Assembly (NCBI GenBank): GCA_963709585.1
Contig: CAVPXI010000014.1
Coordinates: forward strand, 32,001-96,000
Direction of reading: 5' to 3'
Origin: Candidatus Dormiibacterota bacterium
Lineage (GTDB): Bacteria; Chloroflexota; Dormibacteria; Aeolococcales; Aeolococcaceae
DNA: 64,000 nt
The position numbers and the translations under genes were made by a program. The notes under the pieces are model-generated. The model saw nothing but the letters and a program-made list of their open reading frames with translations. It was not told where the DNA came from and searched no databases. Of this stretch, positions 39,753-52,903 are shown piece by piece. Position 1 is the first letter of the stretch. Each line of letters begins with the position of its first letter.

Positions 39753-41162
39753 TCAGTCGTCGCTCTCGTCGCGGTGACGGGTCACGATCCGGAGCCGCAC
39801 CCCGGCGAAGCCGAAGACGGCACGGATTCGGTTCTCGAGATAGCGCTGATACGCGAAGTGCATCAGCTCGGGGTCGTTGACGAAGAGCACGATCGTCGGC
39901 ACCGGGCTTCGCGCTTGCGTGGCGTAGAGGATCTTGAGGCGCCGACCTTTGTGGGTTCGAGGCGGATGCTCATCGAGCGCATTGCGAATGAGATTGTTGA
40001 GCGCCGGTGTCGGGATGTGGATCGCTCGCGCGTCGGCGACCGCCAGCACCGCCGGCATCACGCGCTTGAGGTTGCGACGCTCGGTGGCCGACAGGGTGAG
40101 CACCGGAACGCCCGGAACGAACGAGAACGAGTCCTGGAGCTTCTTCAGGAATCCCGGGTCGACCCGATCCTCGTGCTTCACCAGATCCCACTTGTTCGCA
40201 GCCACGACCAGGCCGGCGCCGGCCTCCACCGCATACCCGGCGATGTGCCGGTCCTGAGCGCTCGCTCCCTCCGACGCGTCGATCACCAGAACACCAACGT
40301 CGCTGCGTTGCAGGGCGCGGAGCGATCGCAGCAGGCTGTAGCGCTCGACGTTCTCGGTGACGATGCCCCGCCGCCGGATGCCCGCCGTATCGACGAGCCG
40401 GATCTTCCGCCCATCGAGCGAAACCACGGTGTCGACGACGTCGCGCGTCGTTCCCGCGACCGGCGACACCAGCGCGCGCTCCGAGCCGACCAGCCCGTTG
40501 AGCAGGGAGGACTTTCCGGTGTTAGGCCGGCCGATGATCGCGACGCTCACCTCGCCCGCCGCAGGCTCGGTCCCCGCAGCCCCGTTCTCGGGAAGCTCGG
40601 CAACGAAGCGATCGAGCAGATCACCGGTGTCTGTCCCCTGGAGCGCCGAGATCAGGAGCGGATCGCCGAGCCCGAGCCGGTACAGCTCGTCGGCGCGATA
40701 GCGGTCGACCTGGCTGTCGGCCTTGTTGCCCACCAGGATCACCGGCCGCCCCCCGCGCCGCAGCGCCTGGGCGATCTCCTCGTCCAGCGCGGTCACGCCG
40801 TCACGGACGTCGACCATGAAGCAGCAGACGTCAGCTTCGGTGATCGCCATCTCCGCCTGCTCCCGGGTCGCCCGCGTCAGGGCGGCGATGTCAGGGGCGG
40901 CGTCGCGCGGCAGGGGCACGTCCAGCCCGGCGGTGTCCACGACCGTGAAGCGCTTGCCGCCCCACTCCACCACGCCATATAGACGGTCGCGCGTCAGCCC
41001 GGCGAACGCGTCCACGATCGCTCGCCGAGTGCCCGTGAGCCGGTTGAACAGCGTGGACTTGCCGACATTGGGACGGCCGACGATCGCCACCACGCCCACT
41101 GCCGGCGCAATCGGATCCGCCTCATCGCGGCGACGCCGGCGAGTGGCGCCGGCCGGGCTCAT
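39753..41162 (-). CDS. der: Ribosome biogenesis GTPase Der
   Basis: Two GTPase domains (GRPNVGKS/DTAG/NKAD; GRPNTGKS/DTAG/NKWD) plus KH-like tail YQRYLENRIR. Confidence 0.97.
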   Translation of the reverse strand: MSPAGATRRRRRDEADPIAPAVGVVAIVGRPNVGKSTLFNRLTGTRRAIVDAFAGLTRDRLYGVVEWGGKRFTVVDTAGLDVPLPRDAAPDIAALTRATREQAEMAITEADVCCFMVDVRDGVTALDEEIAQALRRGGRPVILVGNKADSQVDRYRADELYRLGLGDPLLISALQGTDTGDLLDRFVAELPENGAAGTEPAAGEVSVAIIGRPNTGKSSLLNGLVGSERALVSPVAGTTRDVVDTVVSLDGRKIRLVDTAGIRRRGIVTENVERYSLLRSLRALQRSDVGVLVIDASEGASAQDRHIAGYAVEAGAGLVVAANKWDLVKHEDRVDPGFLKKLQDSFSFVPGVPVLTLSATERRNLKRVMPAVLAVADARAIHIPTPALNNLIRNALDEHPPRTHKGRRLKILYATQARSPVPTIVLFVNDPELMHFAYQRYLENRIRAVFGFAGVRLRIVTRHRDESDD

Positions 41163-41611
41163 TTCCCCCCGCCGGGGACCGGCGAGATGTCCATCGCGAT
41201 CTGCGCGAACGGGGCTCCCTCGGTTTCCAGCGCGAAGGCGTTGAAATCCTCCGCGCCCGCCTGGGTGGTCCGGCAGATGATGTAGACGTAGTCGAGCCAC
41301 GCCCGGTCGGTGTCGAACTGTGAGGGCCGCGCCGGGTGATCGGGGTGGCTGTGCCAGATGCCGGCGATGTCGAGCCCCCGCGATCGCGCGTCGCGATCCG
41401 CCTGCATGAAGTCAACGGGGTCGAGGTCGTAGCGATCGGCGCTGCGCTCGGTCCACATATTGCGTGCCGACGTCGCGTCGACGATGAGCATGCGCGTCCC
41501 GTCGCGCCGTCCGAGCAGAACGCCGCAACCCTCGTTGGGGTAGGCGGCGACGGCAAGGTCGCGAACGCGCTGCGCCGCGGCGGGCGCGATCGTCGCGAAA
41601 CGCAGGTTCAA
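41159..41611 (-). CDS. M67/JAB metallopeptidase (Mec-like)
   Basis: YPNEGCG, WHSHPDHPARPSQFD JAMM motif. Confidence 0.9.
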   Translation of the reverse strand: MNLRFATIAPAAAQRVRDLAVAAYPNEGCGVLLGRRDGTRMLIVDATSARNMWTERSADRYDLDPVDFMQADRDARSRGLDIAGIWHSHPDHPARPSQFDTDRAWLDYVYIICRTTQAGAEDFNAFALETEGAPFAQIAMDISPVPGGGK

Positions 41612-42570
41612 CGCCCGGACCGCCGGTACAGCCCCGTGGAGAGGTAGCGATCGCCTCCGTCCGGCAGCACGGTGACGATCACCCCTCGGCCGATCCGCCG
41701 CGCGATCTCGCCGCAGGCCCAGAGTGCCGCGCCGCTCGAATGCCCGGCGAGGATCCCCTCGGCGCGGGCGAGCTTCCGGGCGAGGTCGTACGCGGGCTCG
41801 GTCTCGACGCCGAGGTCCTCGTCGGCGAGCGAGGGGTCATAGATCCCGGGCACGATCGACGTCTCCATGTGCTTCAGGCCTTCGAGGCCGTGCCACGGCT
41901 CGGCGGGCTGCACGCTGATGCACTGCACGTCCGGGTTCATCGCCTTGAGACGCCGGGTCACGCCCATGAAGGTCCCGCTCGTCCCCAGCGCGGCGACAAA
42001 ATGGGTCACGGTGCCGCCGGTCTGCTCCCAGATCTCGGCGCCCGTGCCATCGTAGTGCGCACGCCAGTTGGCATCGTTGTTGTACTGGTCGGGCATGAAG
42101 AACCGGTCCGGGTTCTCGTCATACATGGCGCGAACAAGCCGGATGGCACCGTCGCTTCCCTCGAGCGGATCGCTGTACTCGACCTCGGCCCCAAATGCGC
42201 TGACCAACTGGCGGCGCTCCTCACTCACGTTGCCGGGCATCACCAGGCGTACCCGATATCCCTTCGCTGCTCCGATCATCGCGTACGCGATGCCGGTGTT
42301 GCCGCTGGTGCTGTCCATGATGATGCGCTCTCGAGTGAGCCTCCCGGATCGCTCGCCATCCTCGATCATGCGCAGCGCGGGCCGATCCTTCACCGACCCG
42401 CCGGGGTTGAGGAACTCCGCCTTGGCGTACACGGCCACGTCCGGGCACTCCTCCTCGAACATGCGAACCCGGAGCAGCGGCGTGTTGCCGATACGTTCGG
42501 TGATCGTCTCCCCCATCTCCCTCGGCACGAGCGTCAACGCCGGCTTCGCCGGCGGCTGCGGCGTGGTCAC
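41608..42570 (-). CDS. cysM: Cysteine synthase (CysM-like)
   Basis: NPGGSVKDR, TSGNTG, GTSGT, DGGDRYLS. Confidence 0.9.
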   Translation of the reverse strand: MTTPQPPAKPALTLVPREMGETITERIGNTPLLRVRMFEEECPDVAVYAKAEFLNPGGSVKDRPALRMIEDGERSGRLTRERIIMDSTSGNTGIAYAMIGAAKGYRVRLVMPGNVSEERRQLVSAFGAEVEYSDPLEGSDGAIRLVRAMYDENPDRFFMPDQYNNDANWRAHYDGTGAEIWEQTGGTVTHFVAALGTSGTFMGVTRRLKAMNPDVQCISVQPAEPWHGLEGLKHMETSIVPGIYDPSLADEDLGVETEPAYDLARKLARAEGILAGHSSGAALWACGEIARRIGRGVIVTVLPDGGDRYLSTGLYRRSGR

Positions 42571-42575
42571 GCCCC

Positions 42576-42800
42576 TCAGCTCGCTGCGGCTCCCTGTGCG
42601 ACCCGGAACCCCGCAGAACCGCGCCGCTGGTCCGCGATCACCGCGATGACGGCCTCAGAGCGGACGAGGAACGGCCCGTCCTCGCCCGGAAGCTCGACAA
42701 ACGCCGCGCCACCGTCGGAGGCGTTGAGTTTGGCGATGATCTCCTCGACGGTGAGCTTTACCGAGAGGTCACCACCGTTGGCGAGACGAACGTGTGCCAT
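42576..42800 (-). CDS. Small hypothetical protein
   Basis: 74-aa ORF with GGAGG RBS. Confidence 0.65.
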   Translation of the reverse strand: MAHVRLANGGDLSVKLTVEEIIAKLNASDGGAAFVELPGEDGPFLVRSEAVIAVIADQRRGSAGFRVAQGAAAS

Positions 42801-42848
42801 AGCCTCCCTAGAGTACCGGGTCGGCGTGCTCCCGGTCCCGATCCGCCG

Positions 42849-44078
42849 TCAAGCGGCCGACGCGGCGACCATCGCGGAGTCGAACTCCGCCTTCAGGTCA
42901 TCGATGTGCTCGATGCCGACGCTGATGCGCACCAGTCCATCGCCGATGCCGAGCGCGGCACGCTGTTGCGGGGACAGCGCCCGGTGTGAGGTGCTCGCCG
43001 GGTAGCTCACCGTGGTGGCGACATCGCCGAGGCTCGGCGCCAGGCGGATCCCATCGAGACCTCGGATGAAGGCATCCGCGGCTCGTGCGCCGCCGCGAAG
43101 GTCGATGCTGAGCATCGGTCCCCGGCCGCGGGGCAACAGCCGGTCGGCAAGCTCCGCATCCTGGGCGCCGCGTCTCCCGGGGTAATGCACCGCCGCGAGC
43201 TCGCCGCGATCCGCGAAGAACTCGGCGAGCGCCGCGGCGTTCTCGCTGCAGCGCTCGATGCGCAGCCCCGCCGTGCGCAAACCGCGGAGCGCGAGCCACG
43301 CATCGAACGGGGAGAGCGTGCACCCGAGCAGCCGGGCGTTGGCGTCGAGCCAGTCGCTCGCCTCGTGCTCGGTAGCGACGAGGAGGATGCCGCCGCTCAC
43401 GTCGCTGTGGCCGGCGAGGTGCTTGGTGAGGCTGTGCATCACCAGGTCGGCGCCGTGCGCGATCGGCTGGAAGAGGAACGGCGGTGTGAAGGTCGAGTCC
43501 ACGACGCATGCGGCGCCGGCCTGATGCGCCGCGGCAGCGATGGCGGGGACGTCGATGACGCCGATCAGCGGGTTGGTGATCACCTCGGTGACCACGGCGG
43601 CGACGTCGGGACCGAGCACGGCCGCGCACAGCTCGCCGTGACTTCCGCCGCCATTGACGGGGATGTCGACGGTCGACGTCCGCACGCCGAGGTTACCGAG
43701 CGGTCCGGCAAGGAGCGAATCCGTGCCTCCGTAGCAGGGCCGCACCACCACGACCCGCGGGCGCGACGGTGTGACCACGAGCGTCACCGCCAGCAGCAGC
43801 GCCGCCTGGCCGCTCGAGGTCACCCGCGCCACCGGCGCGGCGCGTCCCGGAACCGTCTCGAGCTCGATGATCGCCTCCTCGAGGCGCTGCGGATTGCCGC
43901 CGCCATAGCGGCGGTAGGCGTTCCGCCCCTCCATCGCCTCGTCGACCGACGGGAGATCGGCGTACGCACGCACCGAGGCGAGGCTCATCGGCGCAACCAG
44001 GTCGACGCCGTCGCCGGTGTCGCCACGGCCGAGCCCCGCCCTGGCAGTCGATGTGGTCGGATCGACGCGCCTGGTCAC
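42849..44078 (-). CDS. Cys/Met metabolism PLP-dependent enzyme (cystathionine gamma-synthase/lyase-like)
   Basis: VVDSTF, HSLTKHLAGHSDV, APSLG, RISVGIE. Confidence 0.9.
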   Translation of the reverse strand: MTRRVDPTTSTARAGLGRGDTGDGVDLVAPMSLASVRAYADLPSVDEAMEGRNAYRRYGGGNPQRLEEAIIELETVPGRAAPVARVTSSGQAALLLAVTLVVTPSRPRVVVVRPCYGGTDSLLAGPLGNLGVRTSTVDIPVNGGGSHGELCAAVLGPDVAAVVTEVITNPLIGVIDVPAIAAAAHQAGAACVVDSTFTPPFLFQPIAHGADLVMHSLTKHLAGHSDVSGGILLVATEHEASDWLDANARLLGCTLSPFDAWLALRGLRTAGLRIERCSENAAALAEFFADRGELAAVHYPGRRGAQDAELADRLLPRGRGPMLSIDLRGGARAADAFIRGLDGIRLAPSLGDVATTVSYPASTSHRALSPQQRAALGIGDGLVRISVGIEHIDDLKAEFDSAMVAASAA

Positions 44079-44080
44079 GA

Positions 44081-46764
<2,684 letters not shown>

Positions 46765-46866
46765 GCCCGAAGCCTAGTGGGGCGGCCACTCGGGCTGCAT
46801 CCGTTGTAGCCTTGCGCAGCGAACTCTCGTCGTTCCACTCCACGTCTTTCCAGGAGGTCGCCCGTC

Positions 46867-47346
46867 ATGGCCGTTCGAGTCCTGCCCGCTGGGACCATCG
46901 GGATTCCCCTGAACCCCGTACCCGCGCCCGAGCCCCCGCCGCTCGAGGTCGAGGACGACGTCCCGACGCTCCACCTCGTGGGTCGCAGCGAGCAACGCCT
47001 CGCCCAGGCGCTCTTCCAGACCGAGGGCGTCGACGAGCCCGAAAGCCCGGACACAGTCCGCGCGTTGCGCCTGCTGGCGATGGACAACCTCGTCGACATC
47101 ATCCAGTTGCGAGAGGTCGTCGAGGAGCGCGATGCCCAGGTGGCCGCGCTCACCGGCGAGGTCGACATGTGGCGGGCTCGCGCCCTCGAGGAGCATGCCC
47201 ATCGGGGCGTCGAACAGCGCGAGGCCGCGCGCCGCGAGCGCGACCTGATCACCGTGCTGCACAGCGAGCTGGTCCGCAACGAGGTCCTGTCCGGGGAGCT
47301 GGCCTGGCGCCGCACGCCCTGGTTCCGTCGCATCGGCCGGCACTGA
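46867..47346 (+). CDS. Hypothetical coiled-coil protein
   Basis: 159-aa ORF with AGGAGG RBS; basic/aromatic C-terminus RRTPWFRRIG. Confidence 0.65.
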   Translation: MAVRVLPAGTIGIPLNPVPAPEPPPLEVEDDVPTLHLVGRSEQRLAQALFQTEGVDEPESPDTVRALRLLAMDNLVDIIQLREVVEERDAQVAALTGEVDMWRARALEEHAHRGVEQREAARRERDLITVLHSELVRNEVLSGELAWRRTPWFRRIGRH

Positions 47347-48231
47347 TCAGGACGCGCTCGTCTCCGCCACCGTCCTCGGGCGCACCTGCTCCTCGCTGAT
47401 CTCCCACAGCCGCCTCGCCAGGGTCGGATCCTGCGACTGCCGGCTCGACACGGCGAGCGCCTTGTCCTCGTAGTAGCCGCCACTCTGGTTCGACACGTCG
47501 GGGGAATCGGCGAGCCAGACCAGGGTTTGTGCCGCCTTCCTGGGGCTTCGCGAGAACGGCGCGATGATCACCATCGCCGTGCCCATGAGCGCGCCGTTGT
47601 TGCGGTTGAAACCGGTCGCCACCAGGCCGGGATGGAAGCAGTACGCGGTCACGCCGGTTCCCTCGAGGCGGCGCGCCAGCTCGCGGGTGAACATGATGTT
47701 GGCCAGCTTGGTCTCGCCGTAGCGGGTGAACCCGCGGCCTCTCCACGACCGCTCCGCGTTGAGGTCGTCGAACGGAATGAGCTTTCCCTTGTGCGCATCG
47801 GACGATGTGGTGATGATGCGCGCGGGTGCGGACTGCTTGAGCCGGTCGAGGAGCAGGGTGGTGAGCAGGAACGGCGCGAGGTGGTTGAGCGCCCAGGTGC
47901 GCTCGATGCCGTCGACGGTCAGCGTGCGCGTGGTGAACATCGCACCGGCGTTGTTGACCAGGACATCGATGCGCGGGTAGCGTTCCAGCGCCTCGCTCGT
48001 CAGCGCGCGTACTGACGCCTGCGAGGTCAGGTCGGCGTGGAGCAGGTCGACCTTTGATCCTCCGTCCGCTTCGATGCTCTCCACCGCCGCAGCGCCGCGT
48101 GCGTGGTCGCGCGCGACGATCGCCAGCTGCGCGCCGCGCTGGGCCAGCGCCTGCGCTGCTGCCAGCCCGATTCCCCGCGTGGCGCCGGTGATCAGGATGC
48201 GCTTGTCCCTCACTCCGGTCCACTCAGTCAT
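47347..48231 (-). CDS. SDR family oxidoreductase (retinol dehydrogenase-like)
   Basis: TGATRGIG, NNAG, NHLAPF, YGETK. Confidence 0.92.
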   Translation of the reverse strand: MTEWTGVRDKRILITGATRGIGLAAAQALAQRGAQLAIVARDHARGAAAVESIEADGGSKVDLLHADLTSQASVRALTSEALERYPRIDVLVNNAGAMFTTRTLTVDGIERTWALNHLAPFLLTTLLLDRLKQSAPARIITTSSDAHKGKLIPFDDLNAERSWRGRGFTRYGETKLANIMFTRELARRLEGTGVTAYCFHPGLVATGFNRNNGALMGTAMVIIAPFSRSPRKAAQTLVWLADSPDVSNQSGGYYEDKALAVSSRQSQDPTLARRLWEISEEQVRPRTVAETSAS

Positions 48232-48265
48232 CGCCCGAGAAGCCTATCAGGGGGCGGGGATCGAC

Positions 48266-49753
48266 TCAGGCGTTGCTGGGAAACGCCAGATCCACCCTGC
48301 CAGGCCCGGGTTCCGGCCAGCGCGAGGTGACCACCTTGGTGCGCGTGTAGAAATGGATCCCGTCCGGTCCATACATGTGCGTATCGCCGAACAGCGACGC
48401 CTTCCATCCCCCCAAGCTGTAGTACGCGACCGGCACCGGGATCGGCACGTTGATGCCGACCATGCCGACCTGCACCTCGAACTGGAACTTGCGCGCCGCG
48501 CCACCGTCGCGCGTGAACAAGGCCACCCCGTTTCCGTACTGATTGTCATTAACCAGGCGGATCGCCTCGTCGTATGTGTCCACGCGCACCACCGAGAGCA
48601 CCGGGCCGAAGATCTCGTCGTCGTAGACCCTGGAGCCGGGGGTGACCCGATCCACGAGCGAGGGTCCGAGAAAGAAGCCGTCGCCATCAGGCGTGTTGGC
48701 GCGCCCGTCGACCACGAGGCGGGCACCACCCAGCGACTGCGCCTCGAGGTAGGTCGCCACCTTGTCTCGATGCTCGCGGGTGACGAGCGGTCCCATCTCC
48801 GAGGTCGGATCGTCGCCCGCGCCGACCTTGACGGCAGGAATGCGCGCCGCGATCGCCGCAACCAGACGCTCGCCGATGTCGCCGACCGCGACCACCGTCG
48901 AGATCGCCATGCAGCGCTCGCCGGCGGACCCGTATCCCGCGGACACCGCCGCGTCGGCAGCGGCGTCGAGGTCGGCGTCGGGCAGGACCACCATGTGGTT
49001 CTTCGCGCCGCCCAGCGCCTGGACACGCTTGCCGTTGCGCGTCCCGGTCTCGTAGATGTGCCGCGCGACCGGCGTCGAGCCGACGAACGAGAGCGCCGCA
49101 ACGTCAGGGTGGTCGAGCAGGCGGTCCACCGCCTCGCGTGCCCCTTGGACTACCGAGAACACCCCGTCGGGAAGTCCCGCGCGGCTCCACAGGTCGGCGA
49201 AGAACAGCGACGGCGACGGGTCCTTCTCGCTCGGCTTGAGGATGAACGTGTTCCCACACGCGATCGCGTTCGCGAACATCCACATCGGAACCATCGCCGG
49301 GAAGTTGAAGGGCGTGATGCCCGCGACCACGCCGAGTGGCTGCCGGATCGAGTACACGTCGACACCGCGTGACGGCTGCTCCGAGAACCCGCCCTTGAGC
49401 AGGTGGGGAACGCCGCACGCGAACTCGACGTTCTCGATGCCGCGAGCCACCTCGCCCCGGGCGTCGGAGAGCACCTTGCCGTGCTCCGAGGTGACGATCG
49501 CCGCGAGGTCGTCGCGATGCCGGTCCAGCAGGTCGCGGAAGGCGAACAGGACCGTCGTCCGCTGCGAGAGCGACGCGGCGCGCCACTCCCGGAACGCTCC
49601 GGCGGCGGTTTCGACGGCGGCGTCGACCTCCGCCGCGGAAGCCAGATCCACCGCGCCGGTCTGCTCCCCGGTGGCCGGGTTGAAGACCGGCCCACGCGTG
49701 CCGGAGGTCCCGGCGACCACCTGGCCACCGATCCAGTGACTGATCCGCTTCAA
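48266..49753 (-). CDS. mmsA: CoA-acylating methylmalonate-semialdehyde dehydrogenase
   Basis: ITPFNFPAMVPMWM, GGAKNH, GERCMA, EIFGP; TTG start at 49753. Confidence 0.92.
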   Translation of the reverse strand: MKRISHWIGGQVVAGTSGTRGPVFNPATGEQTGAVDLASAAEVDAAVETAAGAFREWRAASLSQRTTVLFAFRDLLDRHRDDLAAIVTSEHGKVLSDARGEVARGIENVEFACGVPHLLKGGFSEQPSRGVDVYSIRQPLGVVAGITPFNFPAMVPMWMFANAIACGNTFILKPSEKDPSPSLFFADLWSRAGLPDGVFSVVQGAREAVDRLLDHPDVAALSFVGSTPVARHIYETGTRNGKRVQALGGAKNHMVVLPDADLDAAADAAVSAGYGSAGERCMAISTVVAVGDIGERLVAAIAARIPAVKVGAGDDPTSEMGPLVTREHRDKVATYLEAQSLGGARLVVDGRANTPDGDGFFLGPSLVDRVTPGSRVYDDEIFGPVLSVVRVDTYDEAIRLVNDNQYGNGVALFTRDGGAARKFQFEVQVGMVGINVPIPVPVAYYSLGGWKASLFGDTHMYGPDGIHFYTRTKVVTSRWPEPGPGRVDLAFPSNA

Positions 49754-50565
49754 GCGGCCATTGTCGCCTTCTCGAGGGTGCGAGCGGTGAGCACCTCGGC
49801 GAGATGCCGCTTGTACTCGGCGGTTGCCCGGACGTCCCCGGTCGGGTCGATATCCGACCCGCTCTGCGCTGCCGCATCTGCCGCCGAGGCGCCGCCGGCA
49901 AGCGCCTGCTCGACCGCCGCTCCCCGACGCGGCGTCCTTGCCAGGTTCACGTAGCCCACGCGCCACGACGAACCGGTCTCCTGCACCGCAACCCCGGCGA
50001 TCGCCCAGTCGTAGAGCCGGCGGCGGAACTTGGTGTAGGCGAACCGCCCGGTCGTCACCGGGAAGCGCACCGCGGTCACCACCTCGTCGTGCTCGAGCGC
50101 GGTCGTGAAGATGTCGCGGAAGAAATCGCGCGCCTGGTGGCGACGCTTGTTGGTGACGATCTCGGCATCGAGCATCAGTGCGAGCGTGTTGTAGTCGCCG
50201 GCCGCGTCGCCATGCGCCATCACGCCGCCGATGGTCCCGAGATTGCGCACCTGGTTGTCGCCGACATCATTGGCCATCTCCACGAGAATCGGCAAGGTCT
50301 CGCGCAGGATTGCGTTGCGCTGGATGTCGACGTGACGCACCAGCGCACCGATCTCCACGCTGCCGTTGTCGCGGCGAACTTCGTTGAGCCCGGGAATCTT
50401 CTGAATGTCGATCAACGCGGTCGGCTGGCTCAGGCGAAGCCGCATCAGCGGGATGAGGCTCTGACCGCCCGCGATGACCTTGGCGTCGGCGCCGTATTTC
50501 GTCAGCAGCGATTGGGCTTCGTCGACCGAGCCCGGTCGCGCGTACTCGAATGCCGCGGTGATCAT
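49750..50565 (-). CDS. Xanthine/CO dehydrogenase family FAD subunit (CoxM-like)
   Basis: AGGQSL, QVRNLGTIGG. Confidence 0.92.
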   Translation of the reverse strand: MITAAFEYARPGSVDEAQSLLTKYGADAKVIAGGQSLIPLMRLRLSQPTALIDIQKIPGLNEVRRDNGSVEIGALVRHVDIQRNAILRETLPILVEMANDVGDNQVRNLGTIGGVMAHGDAAGDYNTLALMLDAEIVTNKRRHQARDFFRDIFTTALEHDEVVTAVRFPVTTGRFAYTKFRRRLYDWAIAGVAVQETGSSWRVGYVNLARTPRRGAAVEQALAGGASAADAAAQSGSDIDPTGDVRATAEYKRHLAEVLTARTLEKATMAA

Positions 50566-52901
50566 GCGCGTGCCTCCTTGATCATCGACCAGAGGCGATC
50601 CGGACGGGCCGGCATCTCCACGTGTTTGATGCCGAACGGCGCCAGCGCGTCGGTGATCCCGTTGATCACCGCGATGCTCGACGCGATCGTTCCGGCTTCG
50701 CCGATGCCCTTGACACCCAGCTCGTTGGTCGGGCTCGGGGTCACCGTCCGATCCAGCTCGAAGTGCGGCATCTCCGCCATGGTCGGAACGAGGTAGTCGA
50801 GCATGGTGCCGGTGAGCATCTGCCCGGTCTCATCATCGTACTGCACCTCCTCGAACAGCGCCTGGGAGATGCCCTGGGCGATCCCGCCGTGGAGCTGCCC
50901 GTCGACCACCATCGGGTTGATGACGTTGCCGCAGTCGTCGACCGCGACGTAGCGATCGATGGTCACGGCCCCGGTCTCGGGATCGACTTCGACGGCGCAG
51001 ATGTGGCAGCCGAACGGCCAGACGAAGTTCGGCGGATCGAAATACGACACCGCCTCGAGCCCGTGCTCCATGCCTTCGGGAAGACCGGCGCCGTACGAGG
51101 CAAACGCCAGCTCAGCCAGGGCTTTCGCCTCGCCCGGGTTGCCGCGCACGAAGTAGCGCCCCTGGTCGACGACGATATCCTCTTCGGACGCCTCGAACGC
51201 ATGCGCGGCCAGCTTCTTTGCCTTATCGACGACCTTGTGGCACGACGCCATGATCGCCATGCCGCCGACTGCGAGGCTGCGCGATCCGTAGGTGCCGTAG
51301 CCGAACGGGGTGTCACCGGTGTCACCGTGGTGGATCTCCACCGAGTCGTAGGGGACACCGAGCGTGTCGGCGACGATCTGCGCGAACGTCGTCTCGTGGC
51401 CCTGGCCGTGGGAGTGCGTTCCCACCGACACGGTCACCGACCCCGTCGGATGCACCCGCACCATCGAGGATTCGACTAGTGCGACACCGGCCGCGGGCGC
51501 CGTCGCCGCGCTCGGACCGATCCCGCAGATCTCGACGTAGGTGCTGAACCCGATCCCCGTGTATCGGCCCTTCGCCCGCAATTCCTCCTGGCGCTTGCGC
51601 AGCGCCGGGTAGTCGATGTTGGCCATCGCGCGATCCATCGACTTCGCGTAGTCGCCGGAGTCGTACACGAGGCCGAAGTTGTTGGTGTGCGGGAAGCTCT
51701 TGATGAAGTTCTTGCGCCGGACCTCTGCCGGGTCCATGCCGATCTCGAGCGCGACGAGGTCGACGATTCGCTCGACCAGATGCGTGGCTTCGGGGCGCCC
51801 GGCGCCGCGATACGGATCGGTCGACATGCGGTTGGTGAAGATACCGATGCTCCGCGCGTTGATCGCCTTCCACTCGTAGCATCCGCCACCGAGCAGGCAC
51901 GCGACCACCTGGAAGGCACTGAAGACTCCGTGGTACGCGCCAATGTCGAGCAATTGCGTGAACTTCAGACCCAGCAGCGTGCCGTCGCGATTTGCTGCCA
52001 CCTCCACGTCGAAGATCTGCCCGCGTCCGTGCGTCGTGGCCTGCAAGCTCTCGGTACGGTCCTCGATCCACTTCACGGGTCGCTCAATGATTTTCGACGC
52101 CGCAGTGGCGAGGTATTCCTCCGGGTACGGCCGGATCTTCGACCCGAATCCCCCACCGACGTCGTGGCTGACGACCCGGAACTGCAACTCGGGCACGCCG
52201 AGCGCACCACCTACGAAGAGCCGCACGAAGTGGGGCACCTGCGTCGACGTCCACAACGTCACGCGGTTGTCGTAGGGAACGTAGTCGGCGACGCAGCCTC
52301 GCGTCTCCATCGGCGTGGGGAACACCCGCTGCTGGCCGATCCGCTGCTTGAGAACGATCTCAGCCTCGGCGAAGACGGCGTCGATGTCGCCGGCGGGAAA
52401 CGCGGCGTCCCACCCGATGTTATCGGGTCGATCGCTCTTCACCAGCGGGCTGCCCGGCGCCATCGCCTTCTCCATGTCCATGACGGCTGGGAGGGGCTCG
52501 TAGTCGACTACGACCAGCTGGGCTGCATCGTCTGCGAGGTATCGATCCTCAGCGATCACCACCGCGACCGGCTCGCCGGCGTAGGCGACCTCGTCTGCCG
52601 CGATGGGGAACTGCTCGGGCACCTGCTTCTTGTCGGGGACAAAGGAGTTGCTGACCGGCAGCGGCCCGAGGATGACGCCTTTGAAGTCGGCGGCGGTGAG
52701 CACCGCCACGACCCCTTTCGCCGCCCGCGCCCCGGACGTGTCGATCGAGCGGATGCGAGCGTGCGCGTGCGGGCTGCGCACGATCGACATGTGCGCCATG
52801 TTCACGAGGTTGACGTCGTCGATGAAGTTGCCGTGCCCGGTGATGAGCTTGGGATCCTCACGACGCTGGATGCGCGCCCCGATCATGGAGGTGACAGCCA
52901 C
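50562..52901 (-). CDS. Molybdopterin hydroxylase large subunit (form II CoxL-like)
   Basis: RREDPKL, VGGGFGSK, PYRGAGRPEA, GQGHET, KGIGEAG. Confidence 0.92.
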   Translation of the reverse strand: MAVTSMIGARIQRREDPKLITGHGNFIDDVNLVNMAHMSIVRSPHAHARIRSIDTSGARAAKGVVAVLTAADFKGVILGPLPVSNSFVPDKKQVPEQFPIAADEVAYAGEPVAVVIAEDRYLADDAAQLVVVDYEPLPAVMDMEKAMAPGSPLVKSDRPDNIGWDAAFPAGDIDAVFAEAEIVLKQRIGQQRVFPTPMETRGCVADYVPYDNRVTLWTSTQVPHFVRLFVGGALGVPELQFRVVSHDVGGGFGSKIRPYPEEYLATAASKIIERPVKWIEDRTESLQATTHGRGQIFDVEVAANRDGTLLGLKFTQLLDIGAYHGVFSAFQVVACLLGGGCYEWKAINARSIGIFTNRMSTDPYRGAGRPEATHLVERIVDLVALEIGMDPAEVRRKNFIKSFPHTNNFGLVYDSGDYAKSMDRAMANIDYPALRKRQEELRAKGRYTGIGFSTYVEICGIGPSAATAPAAGVALVESSMVRVHPTGSVTVSVGTHSHGQGHETTFAQIVADTLGVPYDSVEIHHGDTGDTPFGYGTYGSRSLAVGGMAIMASCHKVVDKAKKLAAHAFEASEEDIVVDQGRYFVRGNPGEAKALAELAFASYGAGLPEGMEHGLEAVSYFDPPNFVWPFGCHICAVEVDPETGAVTIDRYVAVDDCGNVINPMVVDGQLHGGIAQGISQALFEEVQYDDETGQMLTGTMLDYLVPTMAEMPHFELDRTVTPSPTNELGVKGIGEAGTIASSIAVINGITDALAPFGIKHVEMPARPDRLWSMIKEARA

Positions 52902-52903
52902 GG

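Noticed and set aside
42576-42800. CysO/ThiS sulfur carrier
   Set aside because: No C-terminal Gly-Gly and no recognisable beta-grasp pattern
50562-52901. True aerobic CO dehydrogenase (form I)
   Set aside because: The motif is PYRGAGR, the order is SLM, and no coxDEFG accessory genes are adjacent
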